Below are positions 24,470 through 36,227 of a stretch of 64,000 nucleotides of DNA, one piece after another (positions within the stretch are counted from its first letter, which is position 1; each line of letters opens with the position of its first letter). This DNA is from Magallana gigas (taxonomy: Eukaryota): positions 48,546,001 to 48,610,000 of the forward strand of contig NC_088859.1 of NCBI RefSeq assembly GCF_963853765.1, given 5' to 3'. The notes beneath the pieces were generated by a model. It saw only the letters and a program-made list of their open reading frames with translations. It was not told the origin of the DNA and did no database searches. The translations under genes were made by a program, and so were the position numbers.

Positions 24470-26660
24470 TAGTACTGACAAACAGTACTAACTAAACACC
24501 ATATCTAAACAATCCATGTGGTTTTACAGTTATCTTTAAGTACTGGCAAACAATACTTCCTAAACAGTACCTGTAGACATTAGTTCTTGTGGTTTGTCAG
24601 TTACATATACTTACTGACAACATTATTACCTGCACAGTACCTATAGACATTAGTTCTTGTAGTTTCTCAGTTACAAATACTTATTGACAACAGTTCTACC
24701 TGAACAGCACATGTAGATATTAGTTCTTGTGATCTGTCAGTTCTTGTGGTTTGTCAGTTTTCTGTACCTTCTGACAAACAGAACTACCTGAACAATACCT
24801 GTAGACTTTAGTTCTTGTAATTTGTCAGTTATATGAACGTACTGACAAACATTACTACCTGCACAGAGCAAACTGTAATACCTGAACAATACCTGAAGAC
24901 TTTAGTTCTTGTGATTTGTCAGTTATCTGTATGTACTGACAAGCAGTAAAACCTGAACTGTACCTGTAGACAGTAGTTCTTGTGGTTTGTCAATTATACT
25001 GCCAAACACTATTACCTGCACAGTACCTATAGACATAAGTTCTTGTGGTTTGTCAGTTATCTGTACGTACTGAAAAACAGTAAAACCTGAACAGTATTTG
25101 TAGACACAAGTTCTTGTGGTTTGTCAGTTATCTGTACGTACTGAAAAACAGTAAAACCTGAACAGTATTTGTAGACATAAGTTCTTGTGGTTTGTCAATT
25201 ATATGTACCTACTGACAAACAGTACTACCTGAACTGTACCTGTAGACTTTAGTTCTTGTGATTTGTCAGTTATCTGTATGTACTGACAAACAGTAAAATC
25301 TGCACTGTACATGTAGCCTTTATAGTTCTTGTGATTTGTCAGTTATCTGTATGTACTGACAAACAGTAAAACCTGAACAGTACCTGTAGACTTTAGCTCT
25401 TGTGGTTTGTTAGTTATCTGTACGTACTGACAAACAGTTCTACCTGAACAGTATCTGTATTTATAGTTCTTGTGGTTTGTCAGTTATCTGTACGTACTGA
25501 CAAACAGTACTACCTAAACAGTATATGTAGACAACAGTCAATGTGGTTTGTCAGTTATATGTACATACTGCATGTATGTACTGAAAAACAGTGCTACCTG
25601 AACAGTATCTGTAGACATTAGTTCTTGTGGTTTGTCAGTTATATGTACGTACTGACAAACAGTAATACCTGAACAATACCTGTATAAATTAGGTCTTGTT
25701 ATTTGTCAGTTACATGTACGTACTGGAAAACAGTAGTACCTGAACAGTATCTGTAGACATTAGTTCTTGTGATTTGTCAGTTATATGAACGTACTGACAA
25801 ACAGTTAAACCTGAACAGTATTTGCAGACATTAGTTCTTGTGGTTTGTCAGTTCTATGTATGTACTGAAAAACAGTAATACCTGAACAATACTTGCAGAC
25901 TTTAGTTCTTGTGGTTTGTCAGTTATCTGTACGTAATGACAAACAGTTCTTCCTGAACAGTATCTGTAGTTATAGTTCTTGTGGTTTATCAGTTCTTGTG
26001 GTTTGTCAGTTATCTGTACCTTCTGACAAACAAAACTACCTAAACAATACTTGTAGACTTTATTTCTTGTGGTTTGTCAGTTAAATGAACGTACTGACAA
26101 ACATTAATACCTGCACAGTACCTATAGACATAAGTTTTTGTGGTTTGTCATTTATCTGTACGTACTGACAAACAGTTTTACCTGAACAGTATCTGTAGTT
26201 ATGGTTCTTGTGGTTTGTCAGTTATCTGTACGTACTGACAAACAGTAGTACCTAAACAGTATCTTTAGACAACAGTCGATGTGGTTTGTCAGTTATATGT
26301 ACGTACTGCATGTATGTACTGACAAACAGGTCTAGCTGAACAGTACCTATACACATTAGTTCTTGTGGTTTGTCAGTTACATGTACTTACTGACAAAAAG
26401 TTCTACCCGAATAGTACATGTAGACATTAGTTGTTGTGGTTTGTAAGTTATATGTATGTACTGACAAACAGTACTACCTGAACAGTATCTGTAGACATTA
26501 GCTCCCGTGGTTTGTCAGTTATATGAACGTACTTAAAAACAGTTCTACCTGAACAGTATCTGTAGACAATAGTTCTTGTGGTTTGTCAGTTATCTGTTAT
26601 ATATGCCTACTGACTAGATGAACAGTATGTGTAGACAGCAGTTAATGTGGTTTGTCAAAA
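24470..26660. repeat. About 71-bp satellite, roughly 30 diverged copies, each with an internal inverted repeat
   Basis: Unit starts at 25621, 25692 and 25763 (71-bp period). Consensus GTTCTTGTGGTTTGTCAGTTATCTGTACGTACTGACAAACAGTACTACCTGAACAGTATCTGTAGACATTA. Confidence 0.92.
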
Positions 26661-26699
26661 AAGCAATATCCTGTTTGGTTTGTCTGATGTGGTGACATA

Positions 26700-27766
26700 T
26701 TGCTTACTATTGCTGTTTTGTTTTCAGAAATAGTAATTCATTGCTTTTGTGTAGTATATACTCTATGTTGTGTTTGTATTCTGTGATATATTGCACAATG
26801 TTGTTGTGTTGTTTTGTAGTAAGCAATATATTGCATTTTGTCAGTTTTATGTTTGGTATGCAGATCCTGACCAATATTGTTGTTCTGAATAATTCTTGGT
26901 TTGCTGGTATATTTATTTACCCGGTATATTGCTGTATTTTATTAAGGTGATATAGTTTACTAAATTGCTATTATTTTCTTGTATTCTGAATTATTACATT
27001 TTATTGTGTTTTATTCTAGTTTCGTGGTGTATTACAGTTTATTGTTGTATTCATGCACGTTGATTTACTAGGGTATGTTGTTATATTGTGGTATTCTGTT
27101 TCATTGCAGTGTTACCGTGTTGTATTCTAGAATGATGATATATTGTAATATGGTATTGTATTCTGGTATTTAAATCCATTACACTGTATTGTTTTTGTTT
27201 TCTGATATCCTGAATCATTGTACCGTCTTGTTGTAATTCATTCTGGTATGTTGATATATCGTACTATTTTGTTATATCCCGGTATTCTAAGTTTCTGTTA
27301 TATTGTAGATGGTGATATATTGTACTATACTGTTATGTATTCTGGTATGTTGATATATCGTACTATTTTGTTATATTCTGATATTCTAAATTTCTGCATC
27401 ATGTTGTTGTGTTATTTTGTGGATTCTGATAAATTGCACTACATGCAATTCTGTTAAATGTTTTTATATCGTACTATGTGTTATATCTTGATTTTTTCCA
27501 CCCTGTTGTTATGTTATATTGTGGATGGTGATTAATTGTACTATACTGTTGTATTCTGGTTTGTTTTTATATCGTACTATTTTGTTATATCCCAGTTTTC
27601 TGCACCATGTGTTGTATTATAGTGTGGATGACGATAAATTGTATTATCGGTATATTGTTGTATTCTAGTTTTCTGATTCCTCGCATTGTGTTGTGTGTTT
27701 GCCTGGTACTGTGGTATATAGCATTATATTGTTCTATCCTGGTATTTATTTCGATATGTTGTTGTT
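26700..27766. repeat. T/G-rich degenerate low-complexity repeat region
   Basis: Recurrent TATTGTGTTGTATTCT-like words and ATATCGTACTATTTTGTTATAT at about 27256, 27356 and 27570. Confidence 0.65.
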
Positions 27767-28360
27767 ACCGGTACTCTGATTCAGTTCACTGTGTTGTATT
27801 GTTGTATTCTAGTTCATTAATATCCTGGACTGGGTCCATGTAGTATTGTTACCGGTACTCTGATTCAGTTCACTGTGTTGTATTGTTGTGTTCTAGTTCA
27901 TTAATATACTGGACTGGGTCCATGTAGTATAGTTACCGGTACTCTGATTCAGTTCACTGTGTTGTATTGTTGTATTCTAGTTCATTAATATCCTGGACTG
28001 GGTCCATGTACATGTAGTATTGTTACCGGTACTCTGATTCAGTTCACTGTGTTGTATTGTTGTATTCTAGTTCATTAATATACTGGACTGGGTCCATGTA
28101 GTATAGTTACCGGTACTCTGATTCAGTTCACTGTGTTGTATTGTTGTATTCTAGTTCATTAATATCCTGGACTGGGTCCATGTACATGTAGTATTGTTAC
28201 CGGTACTCTGATTCAGTTCACTGTGTTGTATTGTTGTATTCTAGTTCATTAATATCCTGGACTGGGTCCATGTAGTATTGTTACCGGTACTCTGATTCAG
28301 TTCACTGTGTTGTATTGTTGTGTTCTAGTTCATTAATATGCTGGACTGGGTCCATGTATT
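27767..28360. repeat. Near-identical 84/90-bp tandem repeat, about 7 copies
   Basis: ACCGGTACTC at 27767, 27851, 27935, 28025, 28109, 28199 and 28283 (spacing 84, 84, 90, 84, 90, 84). Confidence 0.95.
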
Positions 28361-29722
28361 ATGCCTACATTCTGGTTAATCATTGAACAGTGTTGATCTG
28401 GTGTGTTCTGATGTAAAGATATTACTTTATGTTGTTGTTTTCGGAAACAGTGATTTTTTTAATTTTTTGCACACGACCTTTTTCTGGTCTGGTGATATAA
28501 TCATATAGTGTAGTGATATATTGTGTTTTTAGTGATTCAAGATTGCAATTCTAGTATGTTGTTTTGAATTTAGTTACAGTAATTTATCGCTTTATGCTAT
28601 GCTACGTTGTATAGTTTAGAATTTTAGAAACATAATTTATTACGATTTATTGCAATTTGTTAGCGAATTCTGTTGTGTTGATTCGTTTTACTCATGTTAT
28701 AGTTGTATCCTGGTAGGGTGATTTATTGCATCATCTGTTGCACCGTTTATTTACCTAGATGGTTTATTATGCGATCTTTGACACGGCTTATATTATATGC
28801 AGTAAAGATACGACTTTGTTATACCTACAAAACCAACACCTGAATTTTAAATAAGTTTTTAAACTTTAATTCATGATTGATCTACGACTTCCTATTAAAA
28901 TGACGTTTTTTAGTGAACATGTAAGCAACTGACAACCTCTTTTAGTGGAAACAGCCGCCTTGTAAATTTTATATATGCCAGCAGTTTGAAATACCAATAT
29001 CATCATTGGACCTTGTGTTTGCAGTTTTTTTTTAATTGGGAACCCTTCTACCCTAAAATGTTCTGTAGACTTTACTTATTCATTCTTCATATTATATCTT
29101 AAAATCACAAGGCCCTGATATATTTATTTTTGGATAATGCACTAATTTCGGGAAATAACTAAAGCGGTAGAGACCCCAGAATATCTTTATTTTCACCACT
29201 GCAAGTAACTAATGAGCAGATCTTTTAGTCCTTGGACTGCCCACATATTTATCTGACTATACCTGACTCAAATAATAAACCTTTTCTTTGATTTCCTTTT
29301 ATAATTCATTCATAAAACCCAGAACCTTCGCCCTCAGGGTTCTTAACAGGGCTTTGCCTTGGACCCACTCTGTCTCAAACGGCCATGGCCTCCCTTTTAT
29401 TCTAGAGCACCCACTTTTCTGTATGCATTGCAAAATCAACTGATCAAATTTTAACAACGATGCAGTGAGAATAATTTATGCTAGAATTAAATACTAATCA
29501 AACATTCATTATTTTTATTTGACATTTCAACAGAAAGCTAGACAAAAGTTACAGACGTTTACTTTCGTCACATTGTCATCACTACAACGTGATGTCATTT
29601 TGAAAAACTATTGAATAATTTTTCAGGATCGATGGATTTTCTCTGGTTTTGTTTTTCCTTGAAAAAAAGGAATCGCTGTTCTTCCATGAAATTATCAAGG
29701 TTGTCACATTAAATTCAAACCT

Positions 29723-30655
29723 TCAAGTCACTAGAAGCCCATATTCCTTGAGATAGTGTTTGATCCGCGCCTCTCGCTCTAAGCGACTTGGGTGAATCTG
29801 TTTCGGTGGAACATGCAAAGCTTCAATTTTCTCTACTACACTTGACACATCTTTGTATTTGTTTGAAACGTAAACAGGACAGAGAAGTTTTTCGAGGCGG
29901 TTGTATCTTGGGTCAGAGGTTAATGGTGGCAGACGATTCCCAGGGTAAATAGAGGTGGATTTCATTTTGGACCAAGGAATCAAGGAAGGCATCGGTAAAC
30001 TTTTTGACTTGGATCTCTCGCGATGAATACTCGGAAGCCGATCCAGTGTTGGAGTCCTACTAATCTTTCGAGTGGTTTCACGGGTCTGTTCTCGACTGAT
30101 ATTCAGCTCCGTCTGGAAAACACTGGTGAACTGAACCATCTTTCCCCGCGAAGAAGGTTGACCAGAATTCTCTTTTGGCAACTTTTCGTCTTCAGTTTCA
30201 TCGCCAAATTTCGATACTAGAGTTTCTATTCGATCTCGATCTTCCTTGGTTTCTGCTTTGGATGTTTGACCAAACGCAGTGAATTCATTCCTGGAAGAGT
30301 CTTCCCGCGTGAGGAGTGCGCGGTCAGTCACTGTCCAACCACGTGACACTGAGTTTCTGTCTGCCAGTCTCCGGCGTATTGCGCTGGACTTTCGTTTCTG
30401 GTTTTCAATAAATACGGCCCGTTCGTTATCATACCTTGATATGTAAGTCATTCTCTTCCTACCCAAGTCATACAGCGAATCTTCCAATTTCCTTTCTTCT
30501 ACGAAGTATCTTGGTGGAAGCCCCGGAAGTCGGGTGTTGCTGACGTTGTAGAGGTTTCCGCCATGCATCCATTCTTGGATTTTGATAGCCTTCTTCTTCC
30601 TTCGGACAACGGCATTATTTATCCGCTCCCTGCGCCTTCGCTCTTCTCCTTTCAT
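29723..30655 (-). CDS. Uncharacterised basic protein, 310 aa, single coding exon (paralogue A)
   Basis: 933-bp ORF that is GC-richer than its AT-rich flanks, with blockwise protein similarity to the ORF at 35331-36227. Confidence 0.8.
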   Translation of the reverse strand: MKGEERRRRERINNAVVRRKKKAIKIQEWMHGGNLYNVSNTRLPGLPPRYFVEERKLEDSLYDLGRKRMTYISRYDNERAVFIENQKRKSSAIRRRLADRNSVSRGWTVTDRALLTREDSSRNEFTAFGQTSKAETKEDRDRIETLVSKFGDETEDEKLPKENSGQPSSRGKMVQFTSVFQTELNISREQTRETTRKISRTPTLDRLPSIHRERSKSKSLPMPSLIPWSKMKSTSIYPGNRLPPLTSDPRYNRLEKLLCPVYVSNKYKDVSSVVEKIEALHVPPKQIHPSRLEREARIKHYLKEYGLLVT

Positions 30656-31844
30656 TAATGATGACTTGGTTAATTCTTCGAGTTTCAGGCTACATGTTGC
30701 TACTTTGGTGTTGGGAACAACTTAGCATAAAGTGTTGACGTTATAAAATTCAATGCATACAGAAGGGCAATTTAATTGTTTTGTGCTCTATGCAGAAGCT
30801 ACATCAGATATGTCCTATTCAATGAGGACATATCAAGCGTGTTAAAGACACGTCGATCATCACTTCACGACATAGAAACGACTGCAACAATTGGACACCA
30901 GATCAAGTGATTGCATTTATAGGCGAAGACAGGACCGGGATAGTTGTGTATTGAAACCTTATCGGAATACTGCCTTAGTCTGATAGTGTTGCTCAATGTC
31001 CGATGTGTTTCTGAATCATTGTATGCATGCACCTTTACACGGATGATTTTTATGGTTATTGTAAATACCAAAACCCAAGTAAACGTTTTTCAGAATCGGA
31101 TTTCCGGACAATCCCTTGAAACCATCATTTTGTTGAGAAAAGGTTCAATAATGTCAGTCGATCTTGTTTATAAAGGAAACAGCTAGCAATATGTGAGATA
31201 GAATGCAGTACCAGTAAAACGAATTCAAAGTTTGGAAATGTGTATCAACATTTCCCAAAACGGTAAAATCTTGTAAAAATAGGGGGGGGGGGTAAATATT
31301 TTTAAGAAGCCTCGCTAGACTCGAAAAATAGTCTGTACCAGATTATCAAATGCCAATGTAAATTTTATGTATTCAACAGTACTGTCAACTCAACAGTACA
31401 ATGTAATTGGTTTAATGATATATGCTTTGCAAAAGTAAATGGTGTACATTCAAGTAAAAAACCGGAAAGGTAACAATCACATGACAGTTTTGAGGAGTTC
31501 TGATTGGCTTGCGTGTCAATTACAAGTCTTTTTAAAACTGTCTCGTGAGATAAAATGATTATATTTAGAGTTATATTATCGGATTTTAAATAACTCATTT
31601 ATATATTATCACAGATGTGCAGACAGAGAGTATTAAGTTATCTATCTGATCTTTTAAATGGTGATTTCAAATCGCACTGTTTAGGATACTGCTGGTTCTA
31701 CGCGAGATACGAGGCAGATATACCCTGTTCAAAACTTCACGGACAAGACATGAAACAAATCGAACACGACCGAAGAACTCTGGAAGATTTAACACGATCC
31801 AAACAAAGAAAAATGTATCTATATGTCTATACTCATAAACAAGG

Positions 31845-31876
<32 letters not shown>

Positions 31877-34386
31877 CCATCCTTATTGGATGTGTATACT
31901 GAGTAAAACGCTGTATTTTTACAGACAGGCGTTGGAAAATACTCAAATACTCGAAATTGTTTATTTCGTGAGTAATGAATTATAAGAATAGAAAAATAGG
32001 TTTGTCATTGGGGGGGGGGGGGGGGGGATGTTTCAAATATTAATGTAAATTAACCGCCCGCTATTTACATAACATAACATAACAATTAAATTTCTTTGAT
32101 TAAGTTTATATGTGTCCAATAAACATACATTATTTATTGATAAAATGACAAAGAATGCAGATAATAGTTAATGTATTTAAGCGTAGTACATTTTATGTAT
32201 GACAGCCTTAATTATGAAACGTGTTCGGGTCATAAAAAACAACCAGTAGTTTTGACGGGGTCATTTGATATTTTACACACAATAAGGTATAAAATCTACA
32301 TACATTGTACAGGTAGCGTAACACTTCATGTCAGCACAAAGCTGATCACCAAATGCCTCCAGTTCAACCCGTTCAATTTATATAAGAATTGACCGCTTTC
32401 AATAAAGCGTCAAAGAAGCCTATTGCTATGATTCAGATATGGTAGTATACAATCCCCAAATAAAAAATGATATTAAATCATCATAACATAACGCAAATGT
32501 GCAGATGTAAGATTTCCATCCATAATATGTGGGATTAATATATGAAATAATACTCTTTTTGTTGGAAAGTCGCTTCAAGTTTGTTTTTATCCAAATCGTT
32601 TCGAGTTTAAAAAAATGAGAAAAACATCAGCGAAGCTCACTCTATATAAATTGCCTTTAAAGCTAAAACTACAGATTTTTTTAAGGTTTTGGTACGTATA
32701 CCCGAGTGTCTATATATGTTTAAAGTAAAGCCAATAAAACCCGATATTTCACTATTCTGTTGAGGATTATGTTTTTAAAAATAAATGTTAGTATTTTTGT
32801 ATTTCATCAGTATTTTTGCCCTTCTTGTTCGTTCACCTTCAAATGAGTTCAATATTATAAACAGCCTGGAAGAGAACACAGAAACATGAGGCCAAACTTT
32901 CAGAATCTAATTTGAAAAAATGTCGGCATACTTTCAAACAATCAATATAATATTTCCTTAGAAATGTTTTAAAACATGATTTACATAATACAATAAAAGT
33001 TGCGTATGGTCTGGTTACCACCGTATACATTTCATTTAGTTATGATTTTCCCTCAGGAAAGAATTTTGTAAGATTTTAAGCAGAACCTAACTAGAAGTCT
33101 TTGGATGATGTTATATATCGTGGTCAGCTTCCAAAGTGTAATTTCAGCGAGAGATTAATAATGCAACGCTGCTTTATATGTGGCACTAGCTACATTAATG
33201 CTGTAATGCTCGTGTATTATACATAAGCATGCCCTCAAATTGCCCGTGGTAACCGATTGCTTAACGTTTGTAATCCACTGCAACGGTAAAGAATAGGTAA
33301 TGTTGTTTGAACTGTTCGCGGTTGGTCAGTCTTAAAACTTTAAATGTTACCAAAATAGCGGATAATTCATTTAACTGTCAATCAAACGTTTTCCCGTAAA
33401 TATGTTATTTATTGGTTTTGGCGACCTTTTTTTGGTTGATGATTTGGCAGATCCTGGCTCTGTGAGACAACACAAGGAACCGGACACCGTCGCAATTCAT
33501 TGGCACTGATAGAAACGCAGTATCCGGCGCCCTGTATTTAAACAATTAGACCAGACAGCAGGGATCGATCAGAGGATAATTCATTCTGAGGACGGCAATG
33601 GGAATTCAAATGAAGCGGAAAAAACAACATTCATGTTTGTATTTCTAGATCTAAGAAGAATAAAAAACCCTTCCATCTTGCGTACCTTTGTTAACCAACA
33701 TTTGAGGTCCAAGAATGAGAGTCCAGCTGCATAGTATGACTAAGGAACATACGTATATAATTCTTTCAGGCTGTAGAGAATTTCTGATTTGTTTTACTTT
33801 CTTTTACTTTATGAATTTGTTTTACTCACTGTTTTCCACGACATACAAATTTAATAATATTTACAACCATTACTCCCTACATTATTAAGGAGTAATGATA
33901 ATGGAACCAGCTATATGTAACTGCTTGATTTGATATTTTTCGTACATTTACAAAAAATGGTTGAAAGGAAAAGTACACAAACAAAGCATTGTAACGCCTA
34001 ATTCTAAACATCAATAAAAACATTATGTTTACACCTTTTGAGTATGTTATCCCCCATCAAAGAAATTCGATTGCATTCATACAGCTAACTGACACAAGCG
34101 ATATTCACTGAATATAAAGACACTCCGTGTACTTTTCAGAACTGCCCCCAAACACATTATATTAATCAACGTTCAGTTTTTTTAAATGATAGCACTTATT
34201 ATTCTATTACCTACACTTAGTAATTAATAGTGTATCATCTTATACTTTTGTGGTTGACTAAAGATGCTGGATTATTTTAAGATGTATCAACACAGCTACA
34301 TTGAGGACAAGTAATGGCGTCGAACTCCGAATATGGAGGAGTTTAATTTTTTTAAGTGCAACTTACTGATTGACAGTTACTTTGAT

Positions 34387-34524
34387 NNNNNNNNNNNNNN
34401 NNNNNNNNNNNNNNNNNNNNNNNNNNNNNNNNNNNNNNNNNNNNNNNNNNNNNNNNNNNNNNNNNNNNNNNNNNNNNNNNNNNNNNNNNNNNNNNNNNNN
34501 NNNNNNNNNNNNNNNNNNNNNNNN
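34387..34524. other. Assembly gap (138 N)
   Basis: Run of N. Confidence 1.
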
Positions 34525-35330
34525 ACAATTCATTGTTTGCTTTATTCTGTTTCTCTTTTGTAAATCCAGCTTTTCTTATACTTTTGTATATAATTCTTCT
34601 GCACCTCATGTAACATTATATGAGTGAAAAAAAAATGAACTTGAACTTGGTGGTCGTTTCATAGGACCATTCCAGAAATTGAATTGTCTGTTATTTTTCA
34701 TAAACGCTCGAAAATAGAATACCACAGGAACCATTAAAATCAATATAGAAAGCATTCACCAAATAATGATAATTTAAAACAACTAATTAGAAGATAACAA
34801 CAGAATGTAATCAATAATTTGAACAAATGCAACTTCAAATCAAATGTAACATTTACACTGTATATGATTCAAATAAATTGTCATTTTTTAAATGCAACAG
34901 TTTTGTGGAAACTCATTGGTGGTATTGTGATATTTAATAATATTGATGAATAATTTTAATGTACAAAGTTAGTTGTGACGCGCACCAACTCATTAATTCA
35001 TTTTAATCATCAAATCAAGTATTGAACAAAAAATGAGTTAAAATATCAGTGATTTCAAATTTAAAATATTTCTTGGAAATCCATAGGCAATAACTAAATT
35101 ACTTATTTCTCCACATTTATGATAGATCTACCATCAATAATTCAGGTTCATAATAATTTGGTCCTTAATAAATTTGAAAATCAAACTAAAGGAAAGGATA
35201 AGTAATTGGCAATAAAAATCAATAACATCCTTAGATTAACGCATGAATTTACCAAGAAAATCCGTCAGTTCGAGGACAACTCCTTGAAATGCAACACGCG
35301 TGAACGAGATAATTCCTGGGGTATCTATGT

Positions 35331-36227
35331 TCAGTCCTTCGCCCAGCTGATTCCAACTTCTTTCATAAAGGCGTAGATTTTCTCTTCCCACTTGGGTTTG
35401 GCTTCTTTGGCACTTTTGGAGGGTTTGTGGAGGGACTCTATTGTGTCCACTATATTTGTCACGCTTGTTTTGATTCTTTTGTCGTACGTGGAGGACAAAG
35501 CTTTCTCTAGCAAAGCGTAACGAGGGTCGCCAGCCACACTGGGACATTTCCCGCCAAATTTACTGAGTCTATTCCGGCGCGCCCTCTGGGCTTCCTCGTC
35601 CCGCTTGAAGGAGGAGACTGAGCTGTACACACTGGAGGCGGTGGTGTTCTCACGGCTCAGCCCGGGCCGAGCGGGCTCACTGACCACGGTCCGACTGTCC
35701 CTGGGGCGGAGCTTGTTGTGAAGGGGCTGAGGGGTGAACTGGACTGTCTTTGCTCGCTGAGGCTGGGGTGCCCGGTGATGGGGCTGGTTGGACTGTACGA
35801 ACTCCTTGGGACTTTTAAATTCGGTTTTCCGGGACACCACGCTCGCGGCGTCACTGCGTTCGTTTCCCGAATGGCGGGAAGAGGTTGTACTGGGTCTCCC
35901 GTAGCTCATGATGGGCTCGCTCATCGTGGAGTAAGATCGCACGTTTTTAGCGCTCACTTCTTTGCGCTTTCTGTTCTCCAGAAACTTCTGTTTCTCGTGA
36001 CTAAATTGTGAGAGGAACTTGTAGCGTTCGACACCAAGATCTATCAGCCTGGCCTTCAGCATCCGGACCTCTGTCACTGTGTCGTCATTTTTTCCTGACA
36101 TCCGGGTATTTCCCTGGTTGAGGTCTAATGTTAAGTCCTTTGTCATCCATTCCTCGATGTCTTTCATGGTGTGTTTTTTCTTCGCCTTCAATCTCGAAGA
36201 TGAACTAGCAGGTTTCGGTGGATGCAT
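35331..36227 (-). CDS. Uncharacterised basic protein, 298 aa, single coding exon (paralogue B)
   Basis: GC-rich ORF. First ATG at 36227, with an in-frame TGA upstream at 36248-36246 and a likely splice acceptor at 36251-36250. Similar to the ORF at 29723-30655. Confidence 0.82.
   Translation of the reverse strand: MHPPKPASSSSRLKAKKKHTMKDIEEWMTKDLTLDLNQGNTRMSGKNDDTVTEVRMLKARLIDLGVERYKFLSQFSHEKQKFLENRKRKEVSAKNVRSYSTMSEPIMSYGRPSTTSSRHSGNERSDAASVVSRKTEFKSPKEFVQSNQPHHRAPQPQRAKTVQFTPQPLHNKLRPRDSRTVVSEPARPGLSRENTTASSVYSSVSSFKRDEEAQRARRNRLSKFGGKCPSVAGDPRYALLEKALSSTYDKRIKTSVTNIVDTIESLHKPSKSAKEAKPKWEEKIYAFMKEVGISWAKD

Noticed and set aside
24470-28360. CRISPR-like array (regular palindromic repeats)
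   Set aside because: The sequences between the palindromes are homologous to each other rather than unique spacers, no cas genes are present, and the context is eukaryotic.
34333-34627. ORFs spanning the first N-gap (likewise 63419-63769 at the second)
   Set aside because: Artefacts of translating N runs.
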